Source: Cupriavidus necator
GTDB lineage: Bacteria; Pseudomonadota; Gammaproteobacteria; Burkholderiales; Burkholderiaceae
Direction of reading: 5' to 3'
Length of the DNA stretch: 32,000 bases
Assembly (NCBI RefSeq): GCF_016127575.1
Contig: NZ_CP066018.1
Span: forward strand, 3,900,001 to 3,932,000
The position numbers and the translations under genes are program-made. Positions 20,394 through 29,474 of this stretch are shown piece by piece; the first letter of the stretch is position 1, and each line of letters starts with the position of its first letter. The notes beneath the pieces were generated by a model. That model was not told the DNA's origin. It searched no databases and saw nothing but the letters and a program-made list of their open reading frames with translations.

Positions 20394-21031
20394 GATGCGT
20401 TCTCCGCCAGCGGCTGCACTTTCACGTTCAGGACCGGATGCAACAGCAGGTACACCAGCACCGTGGCCAGCAGCGCCACCAGCCCGTTGGGCCACTCGGG
20501 CAGCCAGCGGTTCAGCTCGAGGCCGAGCCCCAGTGCCATGCCGACCAGCGCGGCGCCGATGCCGGCCCGGTTGAATGCGGGCTGCCGGTCGAGTTCGCGA
20601 ACGTCATAGCGGCCTTTGTGCCGGATATAGAAATCCGCCAGCAGCGGGCCGGCCAGCGGCGGCGCCATGATGCCGAGGTAATTGATGAGCTGCGCGTTCA
20701 TGCCCCTGGCGCCGTAGGCATAGCGGCACAACAACGCCAGGCTCAGGCCGGTGCGTTGGGCGATGATGCCGAGCAGGGCTGTCAGCACGAACAGGATGCC
20801 CATGCCCATGCCGATGGCGATGGCGATGGCCAGCAACGCCATGGAGAAAGAAACGCCCGCTCCGCCCGCGGGCCCGGCCAGGGTGCCGCCGATAAACAGG
20901 CCGGTGGCAACATAGCCAAACCCGACCCATACCATCACCTGCTTCCAGGTTGGCCTGCGCGCACCGGGCGGGACCGTGGCGAACATATAGTCTGCATCGA
21001 CTGCCGGGGACGACTGCGCCTTCTGATTCAT
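20390..21031 (-). pseudogene. codB: cytosine/NCS1 permease (CodB-like) with a large in-frame internal deletion; intact 213-aa ORF
   Basis: Residues 1-110 match the first ~95 residues of CodB (VPPGARR..GGTLAG..LLCRYAYGARG). Residues 111-213 match the last ~100 (LINYLGIMAPPLAGPLLADFYIRHKGRYD..WLPEWPNGLVALLATVLVYLLLHPVLN). The junction is near 20700. GGAG lies 8 nt upstream of the ATG. Confidence 0.6.
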
Positions 21032-21200
21032 GGTGGGATCTCCGAATCAGCCGTTCCGGGTTCGAGCGACCCGGATGCAAGCGGACCAGCCCTGCATCCG
21101 ATCATGAGTCAGCGCGAGAGTAACAGTGCGAAAGCGGCAGGAAATGCGGAAGATTCCAAGATGCGGAGCGAAATGGCCGTCGCCATTTGGGCTTTGGCCG

Positions 21201-21234
21201 AAAAACTAAAAAGCCACCGGCGCTGCCGGTGGCT
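21201..21234 (-). terminator. rho-independent terminator of purL
   Basis: Perfect 10-bp stem AGCCACCGGC / GCCGGTGGCT (21212-21221 and 21225-21234). The minus strand then reads TTTTTAGTTTTT (plus-strand A-run 21201-21211). It lies 39 nt after the purL stop. Confidence 0.8.
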
Positions 21235-21272
21235 CTTGCTTGGGACGAAGGGCGCAAGCCCTGGGCTGCTGC

Positions 21273-24200
21273 TTACCCCACCCACTTCCGCGCATTGCGG
21301 AACATCCGCATCCACGGGCTGCCGCCATCGGCAACCTGCTTCCACGCGTCCGGGGCCCAGCTCATGGTCGCGGCACGGAACACACGCTCCGGGTGCGGCA
21401 TCAGCACGGTGAAGCGGCCATCGACGGTGGTCACCGAGGTGATGCCGTCGGGCGAGCCGTTCGGGTTGAGCGGATAGGTCTGCGTGACCGAGCCGTAGTT
21501 GTCGACAAAGCGCAGCGCCACGTGGGCCTGGTCGATATTGCCCTGCTGCGAGAAGTCGGCAAACCCTTCGCCGTGGGCAACCACGATCGGAATGCGGCTG
21601 CCTTCCATGCCGGCGAAGAAGATCGACGGCGACGACTGCACCTCGACCGTGACAAAGCGCGCCTCGTACTGCTCCGACTGGTTGCGCGTGAACTTCGGCC
21701 AGGCGCCTGCGCCCGGGATGATCGGGGCCAGGTTGCTCATCATCTGGCAGCCGTTGCAAACGCCCAGCGCAAAAGTGTCCTGGCGGTTGAAGAAGGCAGC
21801 GAACTGCTCGGCCATCTGCGCGTTGAACAGGATGGTCTTGGCCCAGCCCTCGCCCGCGCCCAGCACGTCGCCGTAGCTGAAGCCGCCGCACGCGACAAAG
21901 CCGCTGAAGTCGGCCAGATTGGCGCGGCCTGCGATCAGGTCGCTCATGTGCACGTCGTGCGTATCGAAGCCGGCGCGATCCATGCTGTACGCCATCTCGA
22001 TCTGCGAGTTGACGCCCTGCTCGCGCAGGATCGCCACGCGCGGGCGGGCGCCGGTGGCGATGAACGGCGCGGCGATGTCTTCGGCCGCATCGAAGGTCAG
22101 CACCGGGCTGATGCCGGGGTCGGCGGCGTCGAGCAGGCGGTCGTATTCGCTGTCGGCGCAGGCCGGGTTGTCGCGCAGGCGCGCGATGCGCCAGCTGACT
22201 TCGCTCCAGTTGCGCTGCAGGTCGGTGCGCGAGGCGCCGAAGACCTTCTTGGCATCGCGATAGACCTCGATCTGGTCGGTCGCGTTGGGCTTGCCCACCA
22301 CATGGCTGCAGGCCGACAGGCCGGCTTCGCGCAGCACGGCAAAGACCGTGTCGCGGTCTTCCATGCGCACCTGCACCACCGCGCCGAGCTCTTCCGAGAA
22401 CAGCGCGCGCAAGGTCTGGTCGTTGCGGCGCTCGGCGATCTGCTGCGCCCAGTTCTTGGCGTCGCCGTAGTCCTGCTCCTGCTGCGGGTCCAGCGCCAGC
22501 ATGTCGACGTTGAGCGAGATGCCGCAGTGGCCGGCAAAGGCCATTTCCGCCAGCGCGGCCATGAAGCCGCCATCCGAGCGGTCGTGATAGGCCAGCAGCT
22601 TGCCTTCGCGGTTCAGGCGCTGGATCACGTTGAAGAAGTTCTTCAGGTCTTCGGCGTTATCGACGTCGGGGGCGCTGTCGCCGACCTGCTGCGTCACCTG
22701 CGCCAGGATGCTGCCGGCCATGCGGTTCTTGCCACGGCCCAGGTCGACGGCGATCAGCACGGTGTCGCCGGCGTCGGTGCGCAGTTGCGGGGTCAGCGTG
22801 CGATTGACGTCGTCCACCGCGGCAAAGGCCGAGATGATCAGCGACACCGGCGCGACCACTTCCTTGTTGACGCCGTCGTCCTGCCACTTGGTGCGCATCG
22901 ACAGCGAATCCTTGCCCACCGGGATGCTGATGCCAAGCGCCGGGCACAGTTCCATGCCGACGGCGTGCACGGTGTCATACAGCTTCGCGTCTTCGCCTTC
23001 CACGCCGCAGGCCGCCATCCAGTTGGCCGACAGCTTGACCTTGCCCAGGTCCTTGACCGGCGCGGCGGCCAGGTTGGTCAGCGCCTCGCCGATCGCCATG
23101 CGGCCGGAGGCCGGCGCATTGATCACGGCCAGCGGGGTGCGCTCACCCATGGTCATCGCTTCGCCGGCCTTGCCCTGGTAGTCGAGCGTGGTCACGGCCA
23201 CGTCGGCAACCGGCACCTGCCACGGGCCGACCATCTGGTCGCGCGCGTTCATGCCGCCGACGGTACGGTCGCCGATCGAAATCAGGAACGACTTGCTGGC
23301 CACGGTCGGATGGCGCAGCACGTCGCGCACGGCCTGCTCCAGACTGATGCCGGTCACGTCCACCGCCGGCAGTTCCTGCTCGACGCGCTTGACGTCGCGA
23401 TGCATGCGCGGCGGCTTGCCCAGCAGCACGTCCATCGGCATGTCGACGGCGTAGTGCTCCTTGAGCGCGGCGTCGACGCTGGCGTCGACCAGTTGCAGCT
23501 GCTTTTCTTCCGTGGCAATGCCAACCACCGCGAACGGCGAGCGCTCGCGCTGGCACATGGCCTGGAATTGCGGGAAGCTGTCCGGCGCGATCGCCAGCAC
23601 ATAGCGTTCCTGCGACTCGTTGCACCAGATCTCGGCCGGCGACAGGCCGGACTCTTCCAGGTGCACCTGGCGCAGGTCGAAGCGTGCCCCGCGGTCGGCG
23701 CCGTCCACCAGTTCGGGGAAGGCGTTGGAGATGCCGCCCGCGCCGACGTCATGGATCGACAGGATCGGGTTGGCGTCGCCGAGCTGCCAGCAGGCGTTGA
23801 TCACTTCCTGCGCGCGGCGCTCCATCTCGGGGTTGCCGCGCTGGACCGAATCGAAGTCCAGATCGGCGGTGTTGGTGCCGGTCGCCATCGAGCTGGCGGC
23901 GCCGCCGCCCATGCCGATGCGCATGCCCGGGCCGCCCAGCTGGATCAGCAGCGTGCCGGCCGGCAGCGGGTTCTTGTGCGTGTGCGCGGCGTCGATATTG
24001 CCGATCCCGCCCGCGATCATGATCGGCTTGTGGTAGCCGCGCACGGTGCCGCCGACGTTCTGCTCGTAGACGCGGAAATAGCCGCCCAGGTTGGCACGGC
24101 CGAATTCGTTGTTGAAGGCGGCGCCGCCGAGCGGGCCGTCGATCATGATCTGCAGCGGCGAGGCGATGCGGTCCGGCTTGCCGGTCACGCCGGGCTTGTC

Positions 24201-25319
24201 TTCCGGGTTGCGGTGCGCCACCGGCTGGGCGGCGTCGCGGTCGTTTTCCCAGGACTCGACGGCCTCGGGCAGCATCAGGTTGGACACCGTGAAGCCGGTC
24301 AGGCCGGCCTTGGGCTTGGCGCCGCGGCCGGTCGCGCCCTCGTCGCGGATTTCACCGCCGGCGCCGGTGGAGGCACCCGGGAACGGCGAGATCGCGGTCG
24401 GGTGGTTGTGCGTCTCCACCTTCATCAGCGTGTGGGTCAGCGCCTCGTGGCGGCCGTACTTGTGGTCATCGCCGCGCGGGAACCAGCGCTCGGCCACGTC
24501 CCCTTCCATCACCGCCGAGTTGTCCGAGTAGGCCACGATCGAGCCTTGCGGATTGAGCTGGTGCGTATTGCGGATCATCGCGAACAGCGACTTGTCCTGC
24601 TGCACGCCGTCGATGGTCCAGGTGGCGTTGAAGATCTTGTGGCGGCAGTGCTCGCTGTTGGCCTGCGCGAACATCATCAGCTCGACGTCGGTCGGGTTGC
24701 GCTCCAGCTTGCCGTAGGCATCGACCAGGTAGTCGATCTCGTCCTCGGACAGCGCCAGGCCCATCTCGACGTTGGCCGCGGCCAGCGCGCTGCGTCCGGC
24801 CGAGATGTCGATAAAGCGCAGCGGCTTGGCCGGCAGTTCCTGGAACAGGCCGGCGGCATCGTCACGCGAGGCGACCACGGTCTCGGTCATGCGGTCGAAC
24901 AGGTGCGCGGCGACGGCGGCGCGGGTATCCGCGTCCAGCGTCTTGCGGCCGCGCAGCAGGCCCTTCTTGCAGATGACCGTGATTTCGATACCGCGCTCGA
25001 TGCGGTGGATATGCGTGAGGCCGCAGTTATGGGCGATGTCGGTGGCCTTGCTGGCCCACGGCGAGATCGTGCCGAAGCGCGGGATCACCACGAAGCGGTC
25101 GCCGTCGGGCTGATCGGCGAACGGTGCGCCGTAGGTCAGCAGCGCCGCCACGCGGGACTGCTCTTCGGCCGACAGCGGCGTCTGTGCGTCGACAAAGTGC
25201 AGGAACTGGCCATGCACCGATTCAATATCGGCGTCGATCTGCCGCAGGGCGGTGAGCAGGCGTTGCTGACGGAAGGCGGAAAGCGCCAAAGCGCCGGGGA
25301 AGCACGAGAAATGCGCCAT
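21273..25319 (-). CDS. purL: phosphoribosylformylglycinamidine synthase, single-chain large form (1348 aa)
   Basis: N-terminus [22 protein letters not shown] parallels E. coli PurL (..GSPALSAFRINKLL). C-terminal glutamine amidotransferase motifs GVCNGCQM and MPHPER. Start moved from 25370 to 25319. Confidence 0.95.
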   Translation of the reverse strand: MAHFSCFPGALALSAFRQQRLLTALRQIDADIESVHGQFLHFVDAQTPLSAEEQSRVAALLTYGAPFADQPDGDRFVVIPRFGTISPWASKATDIAHNCGLTHIHRIERGIEITVICKKGLLRGRKTLDADTRAAVAAHLFDRMTETVVASRDDAAGLFQELPAKPLRFIDISAGRSALAAANVEMGLALSEDEIDYLVDAYGKLERNPTDVELMMFAQANSEHCRHKIFNATWTIDGVQQDKSLFAMIRNTHQLNPQGSIVAYSDNSAVMEGDVAERWFPRGDDHKYGRHEALTHTLMKVETHNHPTAISPFPGASTGAGGEIRDEGATGRGAKPKAGLTGFTVSNLMLPEAVESWENDRDAAQPVAHRNPEDKPGVTGKPDRIASPLQIMIDGPLGGAAFNNEFGRANLGGYFRVYEQNVGGTVRGYHKPIMIAGGIGNIDAAHTHKNPLPAGTLLIQLGGPGMRIGMGGGAASSMATGTNTADLDFDSVQRGNPEMERRAQEVINACWQLGDANPILSIHDVGAGGISNAFPELVDGADRGARFDLRQVHLEESGLSPAEIWCNESQERYVLAIAPDSFPQFQAMCQRERSPFAVVGIATEEKQLQLVDASVDAALKEHYAVDMPMDVLLGKPPRMHRDVKRVEQELPAVDVTGISLEQAVRDVLRHPTVASKSFLISIGDRTVGGMNARDQMVGPWQVPVADVAVTTLDYQGKAGEAMTMGERTPLAVINAPASGRMAIGEALTNLAAAPVKDLGKVKLSANWMAACGVEGEDAKLYDTVHAVGMELCPALGISIPVGKDSLSMRTKWQDDGVNKEVVAPVSLIISAFAAVDDVNRTLTPQLRTDAGDTVLIAVDLGRGKNRMAGSILAQVTQQVGDSAPDVDNAEDLKNFFNVIQRLNREGKLLAYHDRSDGGFMAALAEMAFAGHCGISLNVDMLALDPQQEQDYGDAKNWAQQIAERRNDQTLRALFSEELGAVVQVRMEDRDTVFAVLREAGLSACSHVVGKPNATDQIEVYRDAKKVFGASRTDLQRNWSEVSWRIARLRDNPACADSEYDRLLDAADPGISPVLTFDAAEDIAAPFIATGARPRVAILREQGVNSQIEMAYSMDRAGFDTHDVHMSDLIAGRANLADFSGFVACGGFSYGDVLGAGEGWAKTILFNAQMAEQFAAFFNRQDTFALGVCNGCQMMSNLAPIIPGAGAWPKFTRNQSEQYEARFVTVEVQSSPSIFFAGMEGSRIPIVVAHGEGFADFSQQGNIDQAHVALRFVDNYGSVTQTYPLNPNGSPDGITSVTTVDGRFTVLMPHPERVFRAATMSWAPDAWKQVADGGSPWMRMFRNARKWVG

Positions 25320-25509
25320 GATCGTAGCGGTCGGGAGGCGGTGAGGTAGGGGCTGCTGCTTAGCCGGCACCGCTGCATGGGGTGCCGACTGGCGGGAAAC
25401 CGCTATTGTACCTTGCCGGCACCCGGATTTTGCACTGCGACATCACGACGGGGCCGTGTTACCGCCCATCCTGATAATGCTTATGCGTCACTTTTACCGA
25501 ATGGACGGC

Positions 25510-26115
25510 TCAGAGTGACGTCGCCGAGCGCGCGGCCTGCTCGTACAGGCCGGTCAGCACCCGCATCAGCCGGGCGAGCTCCCCGATCTCGGCATTCTCT
25601 TCGCTGCCTTCGGTGAAGTTGCTGGTCAGGCATTGTTCGCGGATCTCGCGATAGCGTGCGCAGGCCTCGGCACCGGCCGGGGTGGTCGAATAAGTGGCCT
25701 CCTTGCCGACCCGCTCCCCGCTCACCAGCCCCAGCCCCTGCAGCTTCTTCAATGCGTAGGTCACCAGGTGGGTGTCTTCCACGTTCAGCACGAAGCAGAT
25801 ATCGGCCAGCCGCTTGGGCCGGCCGCGATGGTTCACGTGATGCAGCACCAGCACGTCCAGGAAGGTCAGGTCGCGCACCCCCGCCGCCCCCATGCAGCGC
25901 ACCACCCAGCGGCTGTAGGCATTGTAGGCGGTGTTCAGCCCGAACTCGAACTCGGACAGCTCGGGGCTGCGCACCGACACCAGGTGCGAGGACGACACGA
26001 TATTGGCCCCGGCCGCGCGCGACAGCGCGGTGGCCGGCCTTGCCTTATCGGCAACGGCAGAGGCATCGGCCACGGCGGCGGCGGTATGCCCGCTCTCGGC
26101 TGGCTTGCGTGGCAT
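25510..26115 (-). CDS. MarR-like winged-helix transcriptional regulator (201 aa) with an Ala-rich N-terminal tail
   Basis: The core LTFLDVLVLHHVNHRGRPKRLADICFVLNVEDTHLVTYALKKLQGLGLVSGERVGKEATYSTTPAG looks like a wHTH. AAGGAG lies 7 nt upstream of the ATG at 26115. Confidence 0.75.
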   Translation of the reverse strand: MPRKPAESGHTAAAVADASAVADKARPATALSRAAGANIVSSSHLVSVRSPELSEFEFGLNTAYNAYSRWVVRCMGAAGVRDLTFLDVLVLHHVNHRGRPKRLADICFVLNVEDTHLVTYALKKLQGLGLVSGERVGKEATYSTTPAGAEACARYREIREQCLTSNFTEGSEENAEIGELARLMRVLTGLYEQAARSATSL

Positions 26116-26154
26116 GCGGGAGACTCCTTTCGATGGGACGGCGCTGGCGTGCTA

Positions 26155-26182
26155 GGTATAAGCCCGGAGCGCGCCCCGGCAA
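26155..26182 (-). promoter_or_regulatory. candidate promoter of the MarR-like regulator gene
   Basis: Minus strand reads TTGCCG (26182-26177), a 16-nt spacer, then TATACC (26160-26155). Confidence 0.3.
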
Positions 26183-26189
26183 TTTTAGC

Positions 26190-26232
26190 TTGACAGTTTA
26201 TTGGCGAATTATGAGCATGAACACCTAATAAA
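26190..26232 (+). promoter_or_regulatory. candidate promoter of the amidase-TRAP operon overlapped by an inverted repeat
   Basis: Perfect -35 TTGACA (26190-26195), a 17-nt spacer, then GAGCAT (26213-26218). Inverted repeat TTTATTGG (26197-26204) / CCTAATAAA (26224-26232) brackets the -10. Confidence 0.4.
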
Positions 26233-26365
26233 TACAGGTAAAGCATGAGGGAGGACGCCGGCCACGACTGGCCCTGCGCATGTGCACCGCGCCCTTCCCC
26301 GTGCCGGCAGGCGGCCGCCACCATGGCGGTGCCCGCCCCGCCCTCGCACCCCGTTTGCAGACCCC

Positions 26366-27730
26366 ATGCCATCCATGCTTCCCGACCTCGACACCCTGAA
26401 CACCCGCCTGCGCGACGGCGCCACCAGCCGTGCGCAGATCATCGAGCAGGCGGCCGCGCTTGCCGCCACGCCGGCTGCCGAGGCCGTGTTCCTGCACAGC
26501 ACCTTCGAGGCCGCGGCCCAGGTCGCGCGCGCTGCCGATGCCGCCGGCCGCGCCGGCAAGGCGCTGCATCCGCTGGCGGGGCTGCCGGTTTCAGTCAAGG
26601 ACCTTTACGACGTGGCCGGCGAAGTCACCAGCGCAGCCTCGCTGGTGCGCAAGGATGCCGCGCCGGCCACCGCGGACGCCACCGTGGTCGCCCGCCTGCG
26701 CGCTGCAGGGGCAGCCCTGGTCGGGCGCACCAACATGACGGAGTTCGCGTTCTCGGGCGTGGGCATCAATCCCCACTACGGCACGCCGGCCAACCCAGCC
26801 GGCACCGATGGCGTGGCGCGCATCCCGGGCGGCTCGTCGTCGGGTGCGGCCGTTTCGGTGGCGCTGGGGCTGGCGGTCGCGGCGCTTGGCAGCGACACCG
26901 GCGGCTCCATCCGCATCCCCGCCGCGCTATGCGGCATCACCGGCTTCAAGCCCACCGCGCGGCGCGTGCCGCTGACGGGGGCCTTTCCTCTGTCCTACAC
27001 GCTCGACACCGCCTGCGCGATGGCGCGCACGGTCAGCGACTGCATTGCCGTGGACAGCGTGATCGCGGACAGCGCAGTGATCCCGCGCGTCACCAACCCC
27101 GCCGCGACGCGGCTGGCGATCCCGCGCCAGGTCCTGCTGGACGACCTCGACCCGGTGGTGGCGCGCGCCTTTGACCGCGCGCTGGGCCGGCTGTCGGCCG
27201 CCGGCGTGCAACTGGAGCATGTCGACCTGCCCGAGCTCGGCGAACTGGCGGGCCTGAACGCCCAGGGCGGCTTCAGCTCGGCCGAAGCCTTTGCCATCCA
27301 CCGCCACCTGCTGGCCGCCCGGCGCGACCTGTACGACCCGCGCGTGGCCTCGCGCATCGACCGCGGCGCCAATGTCAGCGCCGCCGACTATATCGACCTG
27401 GGCCGCGCCCGGCTGGACTGGATCGCCCGCATGGAAGCGCGCCTGGCCCGCTTCGACGCCGTGGTCTGCCCGACCGTGCCGATGGTCGCGCCCGAGATTG
27501 CGCCGCTGCGCACCGATGATGCGCAGTTCTTCCGCGTCAATGCCCTGCTGCTGCGCAATACCTCGGCCTTCAATTTCCTTGACGGCTGCTCGATCTCGCT
27601 GCCCTGCCACGCGCCGGACGAGCTGCCCGTGGGCCTGATGCTGTCGCACGGCCCGATGCGCGATGCCGGCCTGCTGGGCACGGCCCTTGCGTTGGAACGC
27701 ATCGTGCAACCTTCACAGCGCGACGACTGA
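26366..27730 (+). CDS. amidase-signature family amidase (454 aa)
   Basis: Ser-cisSer-Lys triad context: LPVSVKDLYDV, RIPGGSSSGAAVS and GSDTGGSIRIPAALCG. The start at 26366 (MPSMLPDL) is uncertain, has no clear RBS, and has an alternative ATG at 26375. Confidence 0.85.
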   Translation: MPSMLPDLDTLNTRLRDGATSRAQIIEQAAALAATPAAEAVFLHSTFEAAAQVARAADAAGRAGKALHPLAGLPVSVKDLYDVAGEVTSAASLVRKDAAPATADATVVARLRAAGAALVGRTNMTEFAFSGVGINPHYGTPANPAGTDGVARIPGGSSSGAAVSVALGLAVAALGSDTGGSIRIPAALCGITGFKPTARRVPLTGAFPLSYTLDTACAMARTVSDCIAVDSVIADSAVIPRVTNPAATRLAIPRQVLLDDLDPVVARAFDRALGRLSAAGVQLEHVDLPELGELAGLNAQGGFSSAEAFAIHRHLLAARRDLYDPRVASRIDRGANVSAADYIDLGRARLDWIARMEARLARFDAVVCPTVPMVAPEIAPLRTDDAQFFRVNALLLRNTSAFNFLDGCSISLPCHAPDELPVGLMLSHGPMRDAGLLGTALALERIVQPSQRDD

Positions 27731-27763
27731 GCCCTGCCGCCGCGCCGTTGATCTTGCGCCGGC

Positions 27764-27783
27764 GTGCCCGCCAATGCGGGCAC
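27764..27783 (+). other. intercistronic stem-loop GTGCCCGC-CAAT-GCGGGCAC
   Basis: Perfect 8-bp stem between the amidase stop and the dctP start, with no T-run. Confidence 0.5.
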
Positions 27784-27852
27784 GACCGGCACCAGGTAGT
27801 ACGCAACCAGCAGTACCACCGCGCCCCCGCGCGCACACCAGGAGAGATCGAG

Positions 27853-28818
27853 ATGCGAGTCAAGGCAATCGTTGCGGCCGGCCTGATGCTGGCCGCCGTG
27901 GCGGCACAGGCGGATACCAAGTGGGACCTGCCGACCGGTTATCCGGCCAGCAACCTGCACACCGAGAACCTGCAACAGATGGCCAACGACGTGGACAAGG
28001 CCACCGGCGGCAAGCTCAAGATCGTGCTGCACCCCAATGGCTCGCTGCTCAAGGCCAACGAGATCAAGCGCGGCGTGCAGACCGGCCAGGTGCAGATGGG
28101 CGAGATCCTGATGTCCTTGCTGGCCAACGAGAATCCGGTGTTCGGCGTCGATGCGGTGCCGTTCCTGGCCACCAGCTATGCCGACGCCTACAAGCTGTGG
28201 CAGGCCTCGCGCCCGGTCACCGAGAAGGTGCTCGACAAGCAGGGCATGAAGCTGCTGTACGCGGTGGCCTGGCCGCCGCAGGGCATCTATGCCAACAAGC
28301 CGATCAATTCCGCCGCGGACATGAAGGGCCTGAAATGGCGCGCGTACAACCCGGCCACCTCGCGCATCGCCGAGCTGGTCAGCGCCCAGCCGGTGACCAT
28401 CCAGGCTGCCGACCTGGCACAGGCGCTGGCCACTGGCACGGTCAACTCCTTCATGTCGTCGGGCGCAACCGGCGTCGACACCAAGGTGTGGGAGAGCGTG
28501 AAGTACTTCTACACGGTGGACGCCTGGCTGCCCAAGAACATGCTGGTGGTCAGCAAGAAAGCGTTCGCGGCACTGGACAAGCCGACCCAGGAGGCCCTGC
28601 TCAAGGCCGTCGCCGACGCCGAGAAGCGCGGCTGGCAGGTCTCGGAGCAAAAGACCAAGGAGTACCTGGCCACCCTGTCGCGCAACGGCATGACGGTGCA
28701 GCCGCCTTCGCCGCAGCTCAAGGCCGACATGCAGAAGGTGGGCAAGGTCATGGTGGATGACTGGGCCAAGGGCGCGGGCGAGGACGGCAAGGCTATCCTG
28801 GACGCCTACCGCAAGTAG
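27853..28818 (+). CDS. dctP: TRAP transporter substrate-binding protein, DctP family (321 aa)
   Basis: Start re-chosen at MRVKAIVAAG (AGGAGA upstream). Signal peptide ends ...AAQA/DTKWDL. Confidence 0.9.
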   Translation: MRVKAIVAAGLMLAAVAAQADTKWDLPTGYPASNLHTENLQQMANDVDKATGGKLKIVLHPNGSLLKANEIKRGVQTGQVQMGEILMSLLANENPVFGVDAVPFLATSYADAYKLWQASRPVTEKVLDKQGMKLLYAVAWPPQGIYANKPINSAADMKGLKWRAYNPATSRIAELVSAQPVTIQAADLAQALATGTVNSFMSSGATGVDTKVWESVKYFYTVDAWLPKNMLVVSKKAFAALDKPTQEALLKAVADAEKRGWQVSEQKTKEYLATLSRNGMTVQPPSPQLKADMQKVGKVMVDDWAKGAGEDGKAILDAYRK

Positions 28819-28822
28819 GCTG

Positions 28823-28859
28823 ATGTGCGCTCCCTCTCCCCTCAGCGGGAGAGGGGAGC
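28823..28859. repeat. REP-like element, inverted copy of the 8502-8557 element
   Basis: Reverse complement reads CCCCTCTCCCGCTGAGGGGAGAGGGAGCGCACAT, against CCCTCTCCCGCAAGCGGGAGAGGGAGCACACAG at 8502. It lies between the dctP stop and dctQ. Confidence 0.7.
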
Positions 28860-28922
28860 AAACCTGCCTGATCGATGTTCGTCAGCAAGCCTGCTGCCCG
28901 CTTGCCTCAACTGCTGCCCATC

Positions 28923-29474
28923 ATGCCAACTGCCCCCTCCTCCAAGCGCTGGCTCGACCGCCTGCTTGACCTCTTTGCCGTGCTCGGCGCGCTGTGCATC
29001 CTCGCCGTCTGCGTGATCATGATCCTGATGTCGCTGTCGCGGGAGACCTCGGTGATCTTCAAGGGTGGCGATGACATCGTCGCCTGGCTGTGCGCGGCGT
29101 CCGCCTTCCTGATCCTTGGCCAGACCTTCCAGCATGGCGGCATCGTGCGCGTCGAGATGCTGCTGGGGGCCGTGGGCCCGCGCCGGCGCCGGGTGCTGGA
29201 GCTGGTCTCGCTGACCGTCTGCCTGGCGTTTGCCGCCTACGCGGCCTGGGCGCTTGGCACCTTTGCGTGGCAGAGCTGGGAAATCGGCGATGTCTCCCAG
29301 GGCCAGATCGTGATCCCGCTGTGGATTCCGCAGAGCTTCGCGGTGCTTGGCTGCGTCGGCTTCCTGCTGGCGGTCGCCGATGAATGGCTGCGCGTGGTGC
29401 GCGGACACAAGCCGCGCTACCAGGTGGCCCATGAAGAAAAGCTCGCCGCCGGCGATTTCGGGGAGACGGTCTGA
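28923..29474 (+). CDS. dctQ: TRAP transporter small permease, DctQ family
   Basis: Four hydrophobic segments. Start uncertain: the ORF track opens at 28875, and I prefer MPTAPSSKRWLDRLLD at 28923. Neither has a good RBS. Confidence 0.8.
   Translation: MPTAPSSKRWLDRLLDLFAVLGALCILAVCVIMILMSLSRETSVIFKGGDDIVAWLCAASAFLILGQTFQHGGIVRVEMLLGAVGPRRRRVLELVSLTVCLAFAAYAAWALGTFAWQSWEIGDVSQGQIVIPLWIPQSFAVLGCVGFLLAVADEWLRVVRGHKPRYQVAHEEKLAAGDFGETV

Noticed and set aside
21056-21099. tRNA-like T-arm (CCGGGTTCGAGCGACCCGG) next to a second hairpin GGATGCA..TGCATCC, considered as a tRNA fragment or integration-site scar
   Set aside because: The loop and stem geometry does not fit a T-arm (two extra bases), and there is no acceptor or anticodon arm nearby. 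More likely these are leader or promoter hairpins of the codB remnant.
21109-21240. Small plus-strand ORF MSQRESNSAKAAGNAEDSKMRSEMAVAIWALAEKLKS...
   Set aside because: Its A/T-ending codons are atypical for this genome, it has no RBS, it runs through the purL terminator hairpin, and it is part of a longer shadow ORF.
21240-25349. 1369-aa plus-strand ORF opposite purL
   Set aside because: It is a shadow ORF of the GC3-rich purL frame. Its composition is dominated by A, R, G, D, H and V repeats, and it runs through the purL terminator.
25320-25509. Possible ZTP (pfl) riboswitch in the purL leader, because of GTCGTGAT and CCGCCAGTCGGCA strings
   Set aside because: It only loosely resembles the conserved GUCGUGAC and CCGCCUGGGCA cores as I remember them. 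The spacing and pseudoknot partners do not fit, and the first string probably lies upstream of the likely promoter. A covariance-model scan (Rfam RF01750) would settle it.
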